Source of the DNA: Bdellovibrionota bacterium
Lineage (GTDB): Bacteria; Bdellovibrionota_C; UBA2361; JAAYZI01
Reading direction: 5' to 3'
NCBI GenBank assembly: GCA_050950765.1
Contig: JBMNIF010000003.1
Coordinates: forward strand, 320,001-384,000
DNA length: 64,000 bases
In this document: positions 1 through 10,226 of the stretch, piece by piece
How positions within the stretch are numbered: the first letter of the stretch is position 1
Layout of the letters: each line of letters opens with the position of its first letter
Program-made: the position numbers and the translations under genes
The notes under the pieces: model-generated
Databases searched by the model: none
What the model saw: the letters and a program-made list of their open reading frames with translations, nothing else
Told to the model about the DNA's origin: nothing

Positions 1-2377
1 TTTTGCTGTTGATGATGCAGAAGTAAAGATGTGTACCGAGCTTGTCGGGAAAGGCTCGTGGTTTCTTCCATTCAACAAAGGCTGGAATGATGGTGCTGGA
101 AATCCGCCGAATCCTGATGGGTTGAAAACAGATTATCTCTGGAAGAATATTCTTAAAAAGCGAAGTCTGGCGGATATTATAGAGAACTATGCCCAGATTG
201 TTGAGTTAAAGGACGAAAAAGGCAGGAAGAAACGAAAACAGATCTTTCCCCGTTATCATCAACTGGATGTAGTTCGTCACCTGCTTTCAACATCTAAAGA
301 GCTTGGAGCCGGTAAGCGATACCTGATTCAGCATTCCGCCGGCTCTGGAAAGAGTAATTCAATAGCCTGGCTTGCCCATCAGCTTGTTGGGCTTGAAAAA
401 GACTCGTCACAGGTCTTTGATTCAATCATTGTTGTTACTGACAGACGCATCCTTGATAAGCAGATCAGAGATACCATCAAGCAGTTTGCCCAGGTTTCAG
501 CCACAGTCGGACATGCCGAGAGATCTGGAGATCTAAGAAAGTTCCTGGCTGCTGGTAAGAAGATTATTATCTCCACCGTTCAGAAGTTTCCATTCATTCT
601 TGACGAGATCGGCGAAGAGCATCGGGGAAGCAAGTTTGCAATTCTGATTGATGAGGCGCATTCCAGTCAGGGTGGCAGAACTGCTGCCAAGATGAACATT
701 GCTTTGGCAGAAAACGGCGGTGAAGACGAAGAGGAATCAACTGAAGATAAGATAAACCGCATCATGGAAGCCAGAAAGATGCTTTCAAATGCTTCTTACT
801 ATGCTTTTACGGCAACCCCGAAGGGAAAGACTCTGGAAATCTTCGGCGAATCCGGTAAAGAAGGCGGGGATACCCAGTTTAGACCCTTTCACTCTTACAC
901 CATGAAGCAGGCGATTCAGGAAGGTTTTATTCTGGATGTTCTTAAGAGCTATACGCCAGTAGAAAGCTACTATCGGTTGATGAAAACCATAGAAGATGAT
1001 CCAGAATTTGACAGCAAGAAAGCCAAGAAGAAGCTCAGGCGATATGTTGAATCACATGATCATGCCATACGCCAGAAAGCTGAGATTATGATCGACCACT
1101 TCCACGAGCAGGTCTATCAGCGGAGAAAAATAGGCGGTCAGGCTCGTGCCATGGTGGCTACAAGCGGTATCCAACGGGCAATTCAGTATTACCATGCCTT
1201 TCAGGATTACCTGAAGGAATCAAAGAGCCCGCATAAGGCAATTGTAGCGTTCTCCGGTGAACATGAATATGGAGGTGTTAAGGTAACTGAATCTTCATTG
1301 AACGGATTTCCAAGTAATAATATTCCAACTGTCTTTGTTGAAGACCCGTATCGCTTTTTAATTGTTGCCGACAAGTTTCAGACCGGTTACGACGAGCCGA
1401 TGCTCCATACCATGTATGTGGATAAACATCTTTCAGGGATAAAGGCAGTTCAAACGCTTTCCCGCCTGAATCGCGCTCATCCAAAAAAGCATGACACCTT
1501 TGTTCTGGATTTTATGAATGACACGGCAACGATTGAAGCAGCCTTTTCCGATTACTACCGCACTACAATTTTGAGTGATGAGACTGATGCCAATCGCCTG
1601 CATGACCTGTTAGCGGAGATAGAAGGTTATCAAGTTTATACAGAGGAACAGCTTGACGATTTTGTAAGTCTTTACATCCAAGGCGCAGAGCGCGAGAGAT
1701 TAGATCCGATTCTGGATGCTTCAGTAGCCATTTACAAAGATACTTTAGATGAGGATGGTCAGGTTGATTTTAAGAGCCGCGCCAAAGCGTTTGTGAGATC
1801 ATATAACTTCCTTTCTTCCATTTTGCCGTATACAAACGCGCACTGGGAGAAATCATCCATATTCTTAAGTTTCCTGACTCCAAAACTGCCAGCACCAAAG
1901 GAAGAGGATCTATCCAAGGGTATCCTTGAAGCCATTGATATGGATTCCTATAGAGCTGAGGTAAAAGCCACAGTTCAGATTGCACTGGCTGATTCCGACG
2001 GTGTTCTTGATCCAATTCCACCTGAAGGAGGTGCCTCGGTCAGAGAGCCTGAAGTTGATTATCTCAGCAATATTATCCGCTCATTTAACGATCAGTTCGG
2101 CAATATCGAATGGAAAGATGCGGACAAGATTAAAAAGATTATCAGTGAAGAGCTGCCTGAAAAAGTAGCCGCCGACCCTGCCTATCAGAATGCAATGAAG
2201 AACTCTGACAAGCAGAACGCCCGAATCGAACACGACAAAGCCCTGGCAAAAGTTATGGTGGATTTACTCTCAGACCACACCGAGCTGTTTAAACAGTACA
2301 GCGATAATCAGAGTTTTAAGAGATGGCTGGCGGACACAATCTTTGGGGCGACTTACAAGGAGCGGGATGCGGCATAG
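1..2377 (+). CDS. hsdR: Type I restriction enzyme R subunit (5'-truncated by window edge)
   Basis: Frame is open from base 2 (FAVDDAEVKMCTEL...). SF2 helicase motifs QHSAGSGKS, LIDEAHSSQ, AFTATP, KFQTGYDEP and AVQTLSRLNR are typical of HsdR. Confidence 0.93.
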   Translation, partial: FAVDDAEVKMCTELVGKGSWFLPFNKGWNDGAGNPPNPDGLKTDYLWKNILKKRSLADIIENYAQIVELKDEKGRKKRKQIFPRYHQLDVVRHLLSTSKELGAGKRYLIQHSAGSGKSNSIAWLAHQLVGLEKDSSQVFDSIIVVTDRRILDKQIRDTIKQFAQVSATVGHAERSGDLRKFLAAGKKIIISTVQKFPFILDEIGEEHRGSKFAILIDEAHSSQGGRTAAKMNIALAENGGEDEEESTEDKINRIMEARKMLSNASYYAFTATPKGKTLEIFGESGKEGGDTQFRPFHSYTMKQAIQEGFILDVLKSYTPVESYYRLMKTIEDDPEFDSKKAKKKLRRYVESHDHAIRQKAEIMIDHFHEQVYQRRKIGGQARAMVATSGIQRAIQYYHAFQDYLKESKSPHKAIVAFSGEHEYGGVKVTESSLNGFPSNNIPTVFVEDPYRFLIVADKFQTGYDEPMLHTMYVDKHLSGIKAVQTLSRLNRAHPKKHDTFVLDFMNDTATIEAAFSDYYRTTILSDETDANRLHDLLAEIEGYQVYTEEQLDDFVSLYIQGAERERLDPILDASVAIYKDTLDEDGQVDFKSRAKAFVRSYNFLSSILPYTNAHWEKSSIFLSFLTPKLPAPKEEDLSKGILEAIDMDSYRAEVKATVQIALADSDGVLDPIPPEGGASVREPEVDYLSNIIRSFNDQFGNIEWKDADKIKKIISEELPEKVAADPAYQNAMKNSDKQNARIEHDKALAKVMVDLLSDHTELFKQYSDNQSFKRWLADTIFGATYKERDAA

Positions 2378-2408
2378 GAAGTGAAGAGTTGATTTTGAGA
2401 ATAAGTTC

Positions 2409-4721
2409 GTGATTGAAAGAATTGAATTTGTTAAGAACTTTGGAATATTTCGTGCTTTTGACGGGAACGCTATTCAGCCTTTCGGTAAATACAATTTGAT
2501 ATATGGGTGGAACGGTAGTGGAAAGTCCACTTTGTCCTTAGTATTTGAGAGCCTTGAAAAGCGCGAATGTGTTGCGAGTGGGCGTTTTCCGCGAGGAGAA
2601 TTTAAAATTAAGTGTGCCGATTCAACTACCTTCGACAATAATAGTATTCAGTCCTGCAATCTGAACATCAGAACTTTCAATGCAGACTTTATTAAAGAAA
2701 ATATTGACTGGAGTTCTCATACAAAGAGCCTATTAATGGTCGCAAAAGAGAAGATTGAGGAGCGAAAGGAACTTGATTCTTTAAGGGCTGCGCAATCTGA
2801 AGATGCTATGAGACTGAATAGCCTTCGCAATGAGTTGCAGACTGAGGAAAAGGCTCTTTCCAAGTTTTTGTCTGATTCTGCAAAGACAATTAAAATTAAT
2901 CTGAAGATCATTGATACTAGCGATAACCGATTCCTAAATTATGATAAGACTAAGTTTGAGACTTTTTTGCAGCAGAATGAACATACTGTAAAAGATTCTG
3001 CTTCGATAGTGGGAGAAGAAGAACTTCTTTCGCTTACAACAGCAGCAAAGCCTGATAAGAAGGAGTCGATTCCCTGGGTAGTGTCTGAGTTGTCATTTGC
3101 AGATTTATCAGGCACAAAGGAAAAGATTGCCAAGATACTGGCAAAAAGTATTGTCAATAAAACAATTGAGCGTCTTGCAGGCAATTCTTCTTTACAGACT
3201 TGGGTTGAAACGGGGCTTAGCCTTCATGGTAAAGAGGGGAATGTAGCCTGTGAATTTTGTGGCAATATTGTTTCATCTGATCGTTTGAAGGATCTCGAAG
3301 GACACTTCAGTAAGGAATATGTTGAGTTCAAAGATGAATTGACACGGGCTCTTGGATGGATGAACGAAAAAGGGATATCCTTGCCTGATTTGCCAGCAGC
3401 GGAGAAGTTATATCCTGAGTTGGTAAACAGATATAGCGCGGCAAAGGAGGAACTTGAACTTAGTGCGAAAAATGTAAATGCCATAATTAATAGTTGGATA
3501 GTTCATCTTCAAACAAAGCAAACAAATCCTTTCGAGACCAATTTCCAGCTTTCCGAGATCGCGGAGAATGAGATTCAGGAGTTCAATTTAAAACTTAATA
3601 ATCTCACTGCAATTATTTCTGAACATAACCTAAAGACCGCTGATTTTGAAAAGAGTGTTGGCGATAGTAAGAAGAAAATTGAATTACATTATGCCGCTGA
3701 TGCTACATCCAAATTCGACTATTTCAGTAGGAAACAGGGTCTTGACGCTCTTAGTCAGGAAATTGAGACGCTTAAGAACGCGATGGAGGAAAAAAAGGGA
3801 AGAGTCAAGTCGCTTGAGGCATCTCTGGTCAATGAAGAAAGGGGAGCAAAGAATCTGAACGATGCGTTGCATCGATTTTTAGGAAGAGAAGATATCTCAC
3901 TAGTTTTTAACAAAGATAAACTGGGATATGAAATTCATAGAGGAGAGGACAATCGGCACTCTGAGGATTTAAGTGAAGGGGAAAAGACAGCCATAGCTTT
4001 TGTTCTTTTTGTGCTTAAACTGGAAGAGAACAACAATCATCTGAAAAAGACAATTGTGGTTATCGATGATCCGGTGTCGAGCTTCGATTCGAATCATTTA
4101 TTTCATGCGTATTCATTTTTAAGGAAGAGGTGCGAAGAATCTGAGCAGATATTTGTGATGACTCACAACTTTACTTTTTTTAGGAGAGTTTGTGATTGGT
4201 TCTATGGCGTTAATAGAACCCGCGAAGGGAAAAAACCACCTAAAAGTAAGAATGCGTTTTTCTATATACTCGAATGTTGCGATTCGGGAGGTCGATCAAG
4301 TAAGTTGGTTGAGGCTCCAGACAATCTGGTAGCTTACCACTCTGAGTATCATTATCTTTTTAGTCGTCTGTGTAGATTCATAGAAAACGAGTCTATTTCC
4401 TTGGAAGAGAGTTATGTTATTGCGAATTTGAGCAGACGAATCCTTGAATCATTTTTGGCGTTCAAGTTTCCAAAATATAGAAGTGATTTCGCACAGCTTT
4501 TGGATAAAGCGCGAGATAATTGCGAAGGCGTTTCTGCTGAGATGATGGAAAGGTTAAAAAGGTTTACAGATCGATATTCACATAGTAATGTTTTTGAAGT
4601 TGATTCGGAATCTATCGGAAACTTGGTCAGCGAAGGTCCGCAGGTGGTAAGTACGGTTTTGAAGGTGATGGAAGAGCTTGATCCATTGCACTACAAAGAG
4701 ATGTTAGAGGTTGTTCAATAG
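2409..4721 (+). CDS. RloC-like AAA_13 ABC-ATPase with zinc hook and C-terminal HEPN-type nuclease (putative anticodon nuclease)
   Basis: Walker A GWNGSGKS, coiled coil with central CEFC zinc hook, signature LSEGE, Walker B VIDDPVSSFD, H-loop MTHN, C-terminal RRILESF and RFTDRYSH (Rx4-6H-type). Lies directly downstream of hsdR. Confidence 0.8.
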   Translation: MIERIEFVKNFGIFRAFDGNAIQPFGKYNLIYGWNGSGKSTLSLVFESLEKRECVASGRFPRGEFKIKCADSTTFDNNSIQSCNLNIRTFNADFIKENIDWSSHTKSLLMVAKEKIEERKELDSLRAAQSEDAMRLNSLRNELQTEEKALSKFLSDSAKTIKINLKIIDTSDNRFLNYDKTKFETFLQQNEHTVKDSASIVGEEELLSLTTAAKPDKKESIPWVVSELSFADLSGTKEKIAKILAKSIVNKTIERLAGNSSLQTWVETGLSLHGKEGNVACEFCGNIVSSDRLKDLEGHFSKEYVEFKDELTRALGWMNEKGISLPDLPAAEKLYPELVNRYSAAKEELELSAKNVNAIINSWIVHLQTKQTNPFETNFQLSEIAENEIQEFNLKLNNLTAIISEHNLKTADFEKSVGDSKKKIELHYAADATSKFDYFSRKQGLDALSQEIETLKNAMEEKKGRVKSLEASLVNEERGAKNLNDALHRFLGREDISLVFNKDKLGYEIHRGEDNRHSEDLSEGEKTAIAFVLFVLKLEENNNHLKKTIVVIDDPVSSFDSNHLFHAYSFLRKRCEESEQIFVMTHNFTFFRRVCDWFYGVNRTREGKKPPKSKNAFFYILECCDSGGRSSKLVEAPDNLVAYHSEYHYLFSRLCRFIENESISLEESYVIANLSRRILESFLAFKFPKYRSDFAQLLDKARDNCEGVSAEMMERLKRFTDRYSHSNVFEVDSESIGNLVSEGPQVVSTVLKVMEELDPLHYKEMLEVVQ

Positions 4722-4811
4722 GAGCAGCGTTGATTCTTTCAGGAAGTTTCCGGAAATTTCAAAGTTGTTCAAAAGTTGGATGCAAAAAGGCTGCAACGGA
4801 AATAAAAAGCG

Positions 4812-4830
4812 AATAATATCAATATATTAG
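4812..4830. repeat. 19-bp inverted repeat, left copy (AATAATATCAATATATTAG)
   Basis: Exact reverse complement of 14080-14098 (CTAATATATTGATATTATT). Confidence 0.7.
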
Positions 4831-4847
4831 CCTAGTTCAGATACTAC

Positions 4848-5242
4848 ACCCCACTCTAAATCCCCCCCTAATGCTTCATAAATAGCGCATTCATAATTTT
4901 TCACTATCCTCGCAAGCGGAATTATTACGAATCCACTTTGACACTGTTGGTGCTTGGTATTTGAGAATGTTTGCTAACAGGTCGTGACCTGTTGTGGCTG
5001 TAAGTAGCATCTCTCGGTGTTCAATTCGCATAAAGCCTTCAGTGACCCCACTCTAAATCCCTCCCTAATGCTTCATAAATAGCACCTCATAAATTTTCAC
5101 TATCCTCGCAAGCGGAATTATTACGAATCCACTTTGACACTGTTGGTGCTTGGTATTTGAGAATGTTTGCCAACAGGTCGCGACCTGTTGTGGCTGTAAG
5201 TAACATCTCGCGGTGTTCAATTCGCATAAAGCCTTCAGTGAC
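4848..5242. repeat. Tandem duplication (2 x ~197 bp) of the LOG gene 3' end plus downstream sequence
   Basis: 4848-5045 and 5045-5242 align with only a few substitutions and one indel. The left copy re-encodes ...MRIEHREMLLTATTGHDLLANILKYQAPTVSKWIRNNSACEDSEKL* on the minus strand. Confidence 0.92.
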
Positions 5243-5722
5243 TGTATGATCCAAGAAGTTTAGGAGTTCGTCATAATAACCGTTAACATTGAGCAATCCG
5301 CACGGCTTCTGACTTTCGCCGAGTTGTGCCCATGTAAGCACCTCAAAGATCTCTTCAAGTGTTCCGTATCCTCCAGGGAGTCCGATAAAGGCATCGGAAA
5401 GTTTGAACATTAAAGCCTTCCGTTCATGCATTGTATTAGTGAGGTAGAGTTTCGTTAGTCCTTTGTGTCCGACTTTATCTGCGATTGAATTCGGTATAAC
5501 GCCGACCACTTCTCCACCTAATTGAAGAGCGGTATCAGCGATCTTACCCATTAACCCGACAGCAGCTCCGCCGTAAACAATTTTTATCTTATGTTGTGCG
5601 AGGTATTGAGCAAGTTCAACAGCAGCTTCTAAATAGACATCGCCTCGTCCGCTATTAGAGCCGCAATTAATACATATGGAGCTAATTGATTTCACGTTCA
5701 TCTCCCTTAGCAACAATCCCAA
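5087..5722 (-). CDS. LOG family (TIGR00730-like) nucleotide phosphoribohydrolase
   Basis: PGGYGTLEE motif, VYGGAAVGLMG, MHERKALM, KPCGLLN. True start may be the ATG/GTG at ~5701/5695. Confidence 0.9.
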   Translation of the reverse strand: MGLLLREMNVKSISSICINCGSNSGRGDVYLEAAVELAQYLAQHKIKIVYGGAAVGLMGKIADTALQLGGEVVGVIPNSIADKVGHKGLTKLYLTNTMHERKALMFKLSDAFIGLPGGYGTLEEIFEVLTWAQLGESQKPCGLLNVNGYYDELLNFLDHTVTEGFMRIEHREMLLTATTGRDLLANILKYQAPTVSKWIRNNSACEDSENL

Positions 5723-6164
5723 ATCCCTCCCGCACCAGATACCGCTCCCACCAAATCACTACTTCACCAAATTCTTCAATCCATTTCCAGCAAAATCTTT
5801 TCCCCCGCCGCCAGCACTTTCAATAAAACGCTTCTAGTGGTTAGGGTGTTAAAGGGGTGTAGGAAAAAGGCATTCAATAATCTAAACACGAAAAACAAGC
5901 TTGTAGAGGTTTTTTCAGGATATTTTGAAATTATCTTTTAAAAAGTGACCCATTCTCTAACCCTGCAAATCCATTGACCCTTCTTTCCTTTGGTGGTCTA
6001 ATACGACAGTTTTGGCTCTTTTAAAACCGCTCACACCTCGCCAAACACTTAAGTGTTAACACATACCCCCACTCAGGGCTCACACCCTTCAGAGATTTAA
6101 GATTTCTAGAGTGGTGGGATGGATGAGAGCAGGAAATCCTATTAAAAAAGTCAAATGACCACGG

Positions 6165-6461
6165 ATGATAAATAAAATGGCAGAAGCACACTCTGAAGAA
6201 TTTGAAGAAGAACAACTTATCGTCTCACGTCAACGCGTTACTGATCACGGTGAAGTTTATACACCTAAAGCAATCGTTAATCAGATGCTCGATCTGGTCG
6301 CTCAAGAAACTGAACGCATTGATTCTCGCTTCTTATTAAATGCCCCTACGATTCAATCTCAAACAAAAATCGCTCTGAGTATATTTTCCAAAATGAGAAA
6401 AATGAATATCTTTCTATGGATATGCTTGTTCGGTTGTGTAAAAGTCTCGCTTACTAGATAA
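6165..6461 (+). pseudogene. N-terminal remnant of a type II/IIG-type adenine DNA methyltransferase
   Basis: SRQRVTDHGEVYTP..VNQMLDLV..ETERIDSRFL is the usual N-terminus that precedes motif I (EPACGxGNF). The similarity breaks exactly there (~6335) and the rest of the ORF is unrelated. Confidence 0.7.
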
Positions 6462-6563
6462 GCGATATCGTGGAGTTGAGAACATTGGGTGCAAAAAAAG
6501 ATCTCTCCAATAAATGGAAGGATCGTAAAAAGTAAAAGTAATCTACAGGAGTAATTTGAGGAC

Positions 6564-9074
6564 ATGACAGTAAAAAAATCAGAATTATATTCAGTTCTTT
6601 GGGAAGCATGTAATAAATTAAGAGGTGGAGTAGAACCATCAAGATATAAAGATTATGTGCTAGTTTTGCTTTTCTTCAAATACGTATCAGATAAATACAA
6701 AGGGGAAAGATTCGCAGAGTTCACAATAGGCAAAAACGCCTCCTTTGATGATCTTGTAAAATTAAAAGGGAAGGAAGACATAGGCGAAAAAGTCGATAAG
6801 ATTCTTCAGAAATTTTTAGAAGATAATAAACTTAAAGGTCTTCTTCCCGATGTTAGCTTTAACAATTCAGACGAACTTGGCAAAGGCAAAGAACTAGTCG
6901 ATAAAGTCTCCGGGCTTATTGCAATTTTTGAAAATCCCGCAATCGACTTTAAAAGCAATGTAGCAAGTGGTGATGATATCATCGGCGATGCTTACGAATA
7001 TTTTATGATGAAATTTGCCCAAGAATCTGGAAAAAGCAAAGGGCAATTTTATACCCCAAGCGAGGTTTCTAGAGTTATCGCTAGACTTATAGGAATAGGA
7101 GATATAAAGCTAGAAAGGGGCAGACGTTGGACTTTACACGACCCTGCAGCTGGGAGTGGTTCACTTCTTATTCGTGCGGCAGATGAGGCTCCTTTAAATG
7201 ATAGTGGTAAATCTGTGGTAGATATATATGCCCAAGAAAAATACAGGGATACCGCCGGTCTTGCAAAGATGAATTTTATTCTTCATAACAAAGGCACGAG
7301 CGAGATCGTTAGCGCAAACACGTTATCAGATCCGCAATATACTGACAACTTCGGAGAGCTTAAAAAATTTGATTTTATTGTAATGAATCCTCCATTTTCC
7401 GATAAAGATTGGAGTGATGGTATTATTCCAAGCAATGATCAATTTGGTCGCTTTGGCAATGGTGAAGATGACTTTGGTATACCACCTGAAAAAAACGGTG
7501 ATTACGCTTGGTTTTTACACGTGCTAAAAGCTTTAAAGAGCACTGGTAAGGCTGGAATTATTTTGCCTCACGGTGTTTTATTTAGAGGTAATGCAGAAGA
7601 AAATATTCGTAAAAAAATCTTACAAAAAAAATATATTAAAGGAATCGTAAGCCTTCCTGCAAACTTATTTTATGGAACTGGCATTCCTGCTTGTATTATT
7701 ATTATCGATAAAGAAAAAGCGGAAAAAAGAAAAGGAATATTTTTTATAGATGCTAGTCAAGGTTTTAAAAAAGATGGCAATAAGAACAGACTAAGAGAGC
7801 AAGATATAGAGAAGATAGTTCAGACTTTTAATAATAATATTGAAATTGAAGGCTATTCTAGATTTGTAAGTAATGAGGAAATTGAAAAAAATGAATGGAA
7901 TCTAAATGTGCCACGATATATTCAAAAAATCGATGATTCTCTTTCTCAAAATATCGCTTCACATCTTAAAGGTGGTATACCCAAACAAGATATAGATGCA
8001 CTTTCAAAATTGTGGAGCGTTTCACTAGAGCTTAAAGATAAAATTTTTAAACTAATAGATAAGAAAAAGGAAGTTTATAAATTAGCCATCAGCCCTGAAA
8101 TGATAGAAGATGCCGTTTTTAACGATCCAAATATCTCTAAGGAACTTAGTCGTGAAAAAGATAAGATGTTTAATAAATGGAAAGATGAGATAAGAGAAAC
8201 TCTTTTAAATATAAATAAAGATACCAATCCTAAAACGCTAATACGTGAAATTTCTCAAAAACTTCTATCAGTTTATAAAAATACTATCATTTTAGATAAA
8301 TACGAAGTTTATGATTCCTTACTTAATTATTGGAATGAAAAACTTCAAGATGATACTTATATTATTAAGTCGCTAGGTTATAAATCTGGAAGTGGGATTG
8401 ATTATGAAGAGCAGAAAAAAACAAAGGCAAAAATAAAATCTTTTGAAGGGACTCTTATTCCTAAAGAAATTATTGCAAAAGAATATTTTTCTAATGAGTT
8501 AAAAAATATTGAAAAAATGAAAGATAACGCCGAGATGCTTAACTCTAAACTTCAAGAGCAAATAGAAGAAGAGGCAGGAGAAGATAGTATTTTTCAAGAA
8601 GTATTAAATGATGCTGGAGATAGCATTAGAAAAGGCAGACTTAATAAGAGAATTAAAGAGTTGGAAAATAAACTCGATAAGTCAAAGATTAAAAACGCTT
8701 TAAAAGAATCTGAAAAATATGATGAATACGATGAGTATAAAGCTTTAATTTCTTATAAAAAAGATTCTGAAGAATTAGCAAAACAAGAAAAGGCTATTAA
8801 AGATAAGGAAACAGAGCTCGATGAAAAGGTAAAAAATAAATATGGCAAACTTTCAGTAGATGAAATTAAATATTTACTTTTTGAAAAAAAATGGATGGCA
8901 ATAATTCAAGCAGAAATCTTTGAAAAAATAGATTTAGTATTAAATGAAATTGTAGATAAAGTAGCTACTATTGCTAAGCGATATGATAAAACTTTAGGCG
9001 AGATTGAAAAAAAGACGGAGGAATCTAGAAAAGAAGTTCGCCTTGCTTTAGAAAGGATGGGATATAAATGGTAG
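6564..9074 (+). CDS. hsdM: Type I R-M methyltransferase M subunit
   Basis: LWEACNKLRGG N-terminus, GQFYTP, DPAAGSGSLL (motif I), NPPF (motif IV), GIILPHGVLFRG. Confidence 0.96.
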   Translation: MTVKKSELYSVLWEACNKLRGGVEPSRYKDYVLVLLFFKYVSDKYKGERFAEFTIGKNASFDDLVKLKGKEDIGEKVDKILQKFLEDNKLKGLLPDVSFNNSDELGKGKELVDKVSGLIAIFENPAIDFKSNVASGDDIIGDAYEYFMMKFAQESGKSKGQFYTPSEVSRVIARLIGIGDIKLERGRRWTLHDPAAGSGSLLIRAADEAPLNDSGKSVVDIYAQEKYRDTAGLAKMNFILHNKGTSEIVSANTLSDPQYTDNFGELKKFDFIVMNPPFSDKDWSDGIIPSNDQFGRFGNGEDDFGIPPEKNGDYAWFLHVLKALKSTGKAGIILPHGVLFRGNAEENIRKKILQKKYIKGIVSLPANLFYGTGIPACIIIIDKEKAEKRKGIFFIDASQGFKKDGNKNRLREQDIEKIVQTFNNNIEIEGYSRFVSNEEIEKNEWNLNVPRYIQKIDDSLSQNIASHLKGGIPKQDIDALSKLWSVSLELKDKIFKLIDKKKEVYKLAISPEMIEDAVFNDPNISKELSREKDKMFNKWKDEIRETLLNINKDTNPKTLIREISQKLLSVYKNTIILDKYEVYDSLLNYWNEKLQDDTYIIKSLGYKSGSGIDYEEQKKTKAKIKSFEGTLIPKEIIAKEYFSNELKNIEKMKDNAEMLNSKLQEQIEEEAGEDSIFQEVLNDAGDSIRKGRLNKRIKELENKLDKSKIKNALKESEKYDEYDEYKALISYKKDSEELAKQEKAIKDKETELDEKVKNKYGKLSVDEIKYLLFEKKWMAIIQAEIFEKIDLVLNEIVDKVATIAKRYDKTLGEIEKKTEESRKEVRLALERMGYKW

Positions 9075-10226
9075 AATGTCCGAAAGGTTGGGATAACTCC
9101 AAACTTGGTAATTTGTTGAAGGTAGAAACGGGCGTAGGCGATTTAAAAGATAGTGTTAAAGGTGGAAAATACCCTTTTTATGTACGCTCACAAATTATAC
9201 AAAGGTTGAACACCTACTCTTTCGATTGTGAAGCTGTTTTAACTGCAGGTGATGGAGAAATAGGTAAAATTTTCCATTATATAGAAGGCAAATTCTCAGC
9301 CCACCAGAGAGTATATGTAATTTCAGGATTTACGAAAACAAAAGAGCAAGCAGTTTTAGGCAAGTATTTCTATTACTGGTTTTCATATTTCTTTTATAAT
9401 CATGTAATGAAATACACTGCTAAATCTACTGTAAATTCTATTAGAAGAGAAATGATTACTGATATGTATCTTCCTCTTCCACCCATCAAAGAACAGCAAG
9501 CCATAGCCGATACCCTATCCACTTTTGATAAGCATATAGAAAATTTAACTGAACTGATAAAAAAGAAAAAAGCCATTCGTGATGGAGCATTAGAAGATTT
9601 GCTTACGGGGAAGGTAAGAGTTGATGGAGCAAAAGGCGAGTGGGAAGAGGGTGAGTTATCAACCATTGCAAAAGTTTATGACGGAACACATCAAACTCCG
9701 ATATATACCAATAAAGGTGTGCCATTTGTAAGCGTGGAAAACATCAATAACTTAAATGAATCAGGTAAGCATATATCAGAAATTGATTTTGCAAGAGATT
9801 TTCCTGTTTATCCAGAATTTGGGGATATATTAATGACTCGCATTGGTGATATAGGCACACCGGCAATTGTAACAACAAAACGCCCTATCGCTTATTATGT
9901 AAGCCTAGCTTTGCTAAAAAACATTAGGATTAATTCAGTTTATCTGAAATATCATATTTTGAGCAGTTCCTTTAAGAAAGAACTTGATGAAAAAACTTTA
10001 CACCATGCTACGCCAATAAAAATCAATAAAAATGAAATCGGTAAATGTTTGGTGTCTTTTCCAAAGAGTTTCAAAGAACAGCAAGCTATAGCCTCTATCC
10101 TTTCTTCAATGGATAAAGAATTAGAATGTCTTGAAAAAGAAAAAGCAAAAGATTTTAGAAATTAAAGAAGGTGCTATGGATGATTTATTAACTGGAAAGG
10201 TTAGAATTAGTATAAGGAGATATTAA
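9068..10226 (+). CDS. hsdS: Type I R-M specificity subunit, with a +1 frameshift near the 3' end
   Basis: Two TRDs separated by the conserved PPIKEQQAIA...LLTGKVRV repeat. The ORF stops at 10165, but removing one A at ~10147-10150 restores ...KILEIKEGAMDDLLTGKVRISIRRY*, whose TAA (10224-10226) abuts the hsdR ATG. Confidence 0.88.

Noticed and set aside
4848..5242. DGR template/variable repeat pair (several mismatches fall at A on the minus strand of the left copy)
   Set aside because: There are too few mismatches, some are not at A and most are synonymous. No reverse transcriptase is in the window and LOG is not a typical DGR target.
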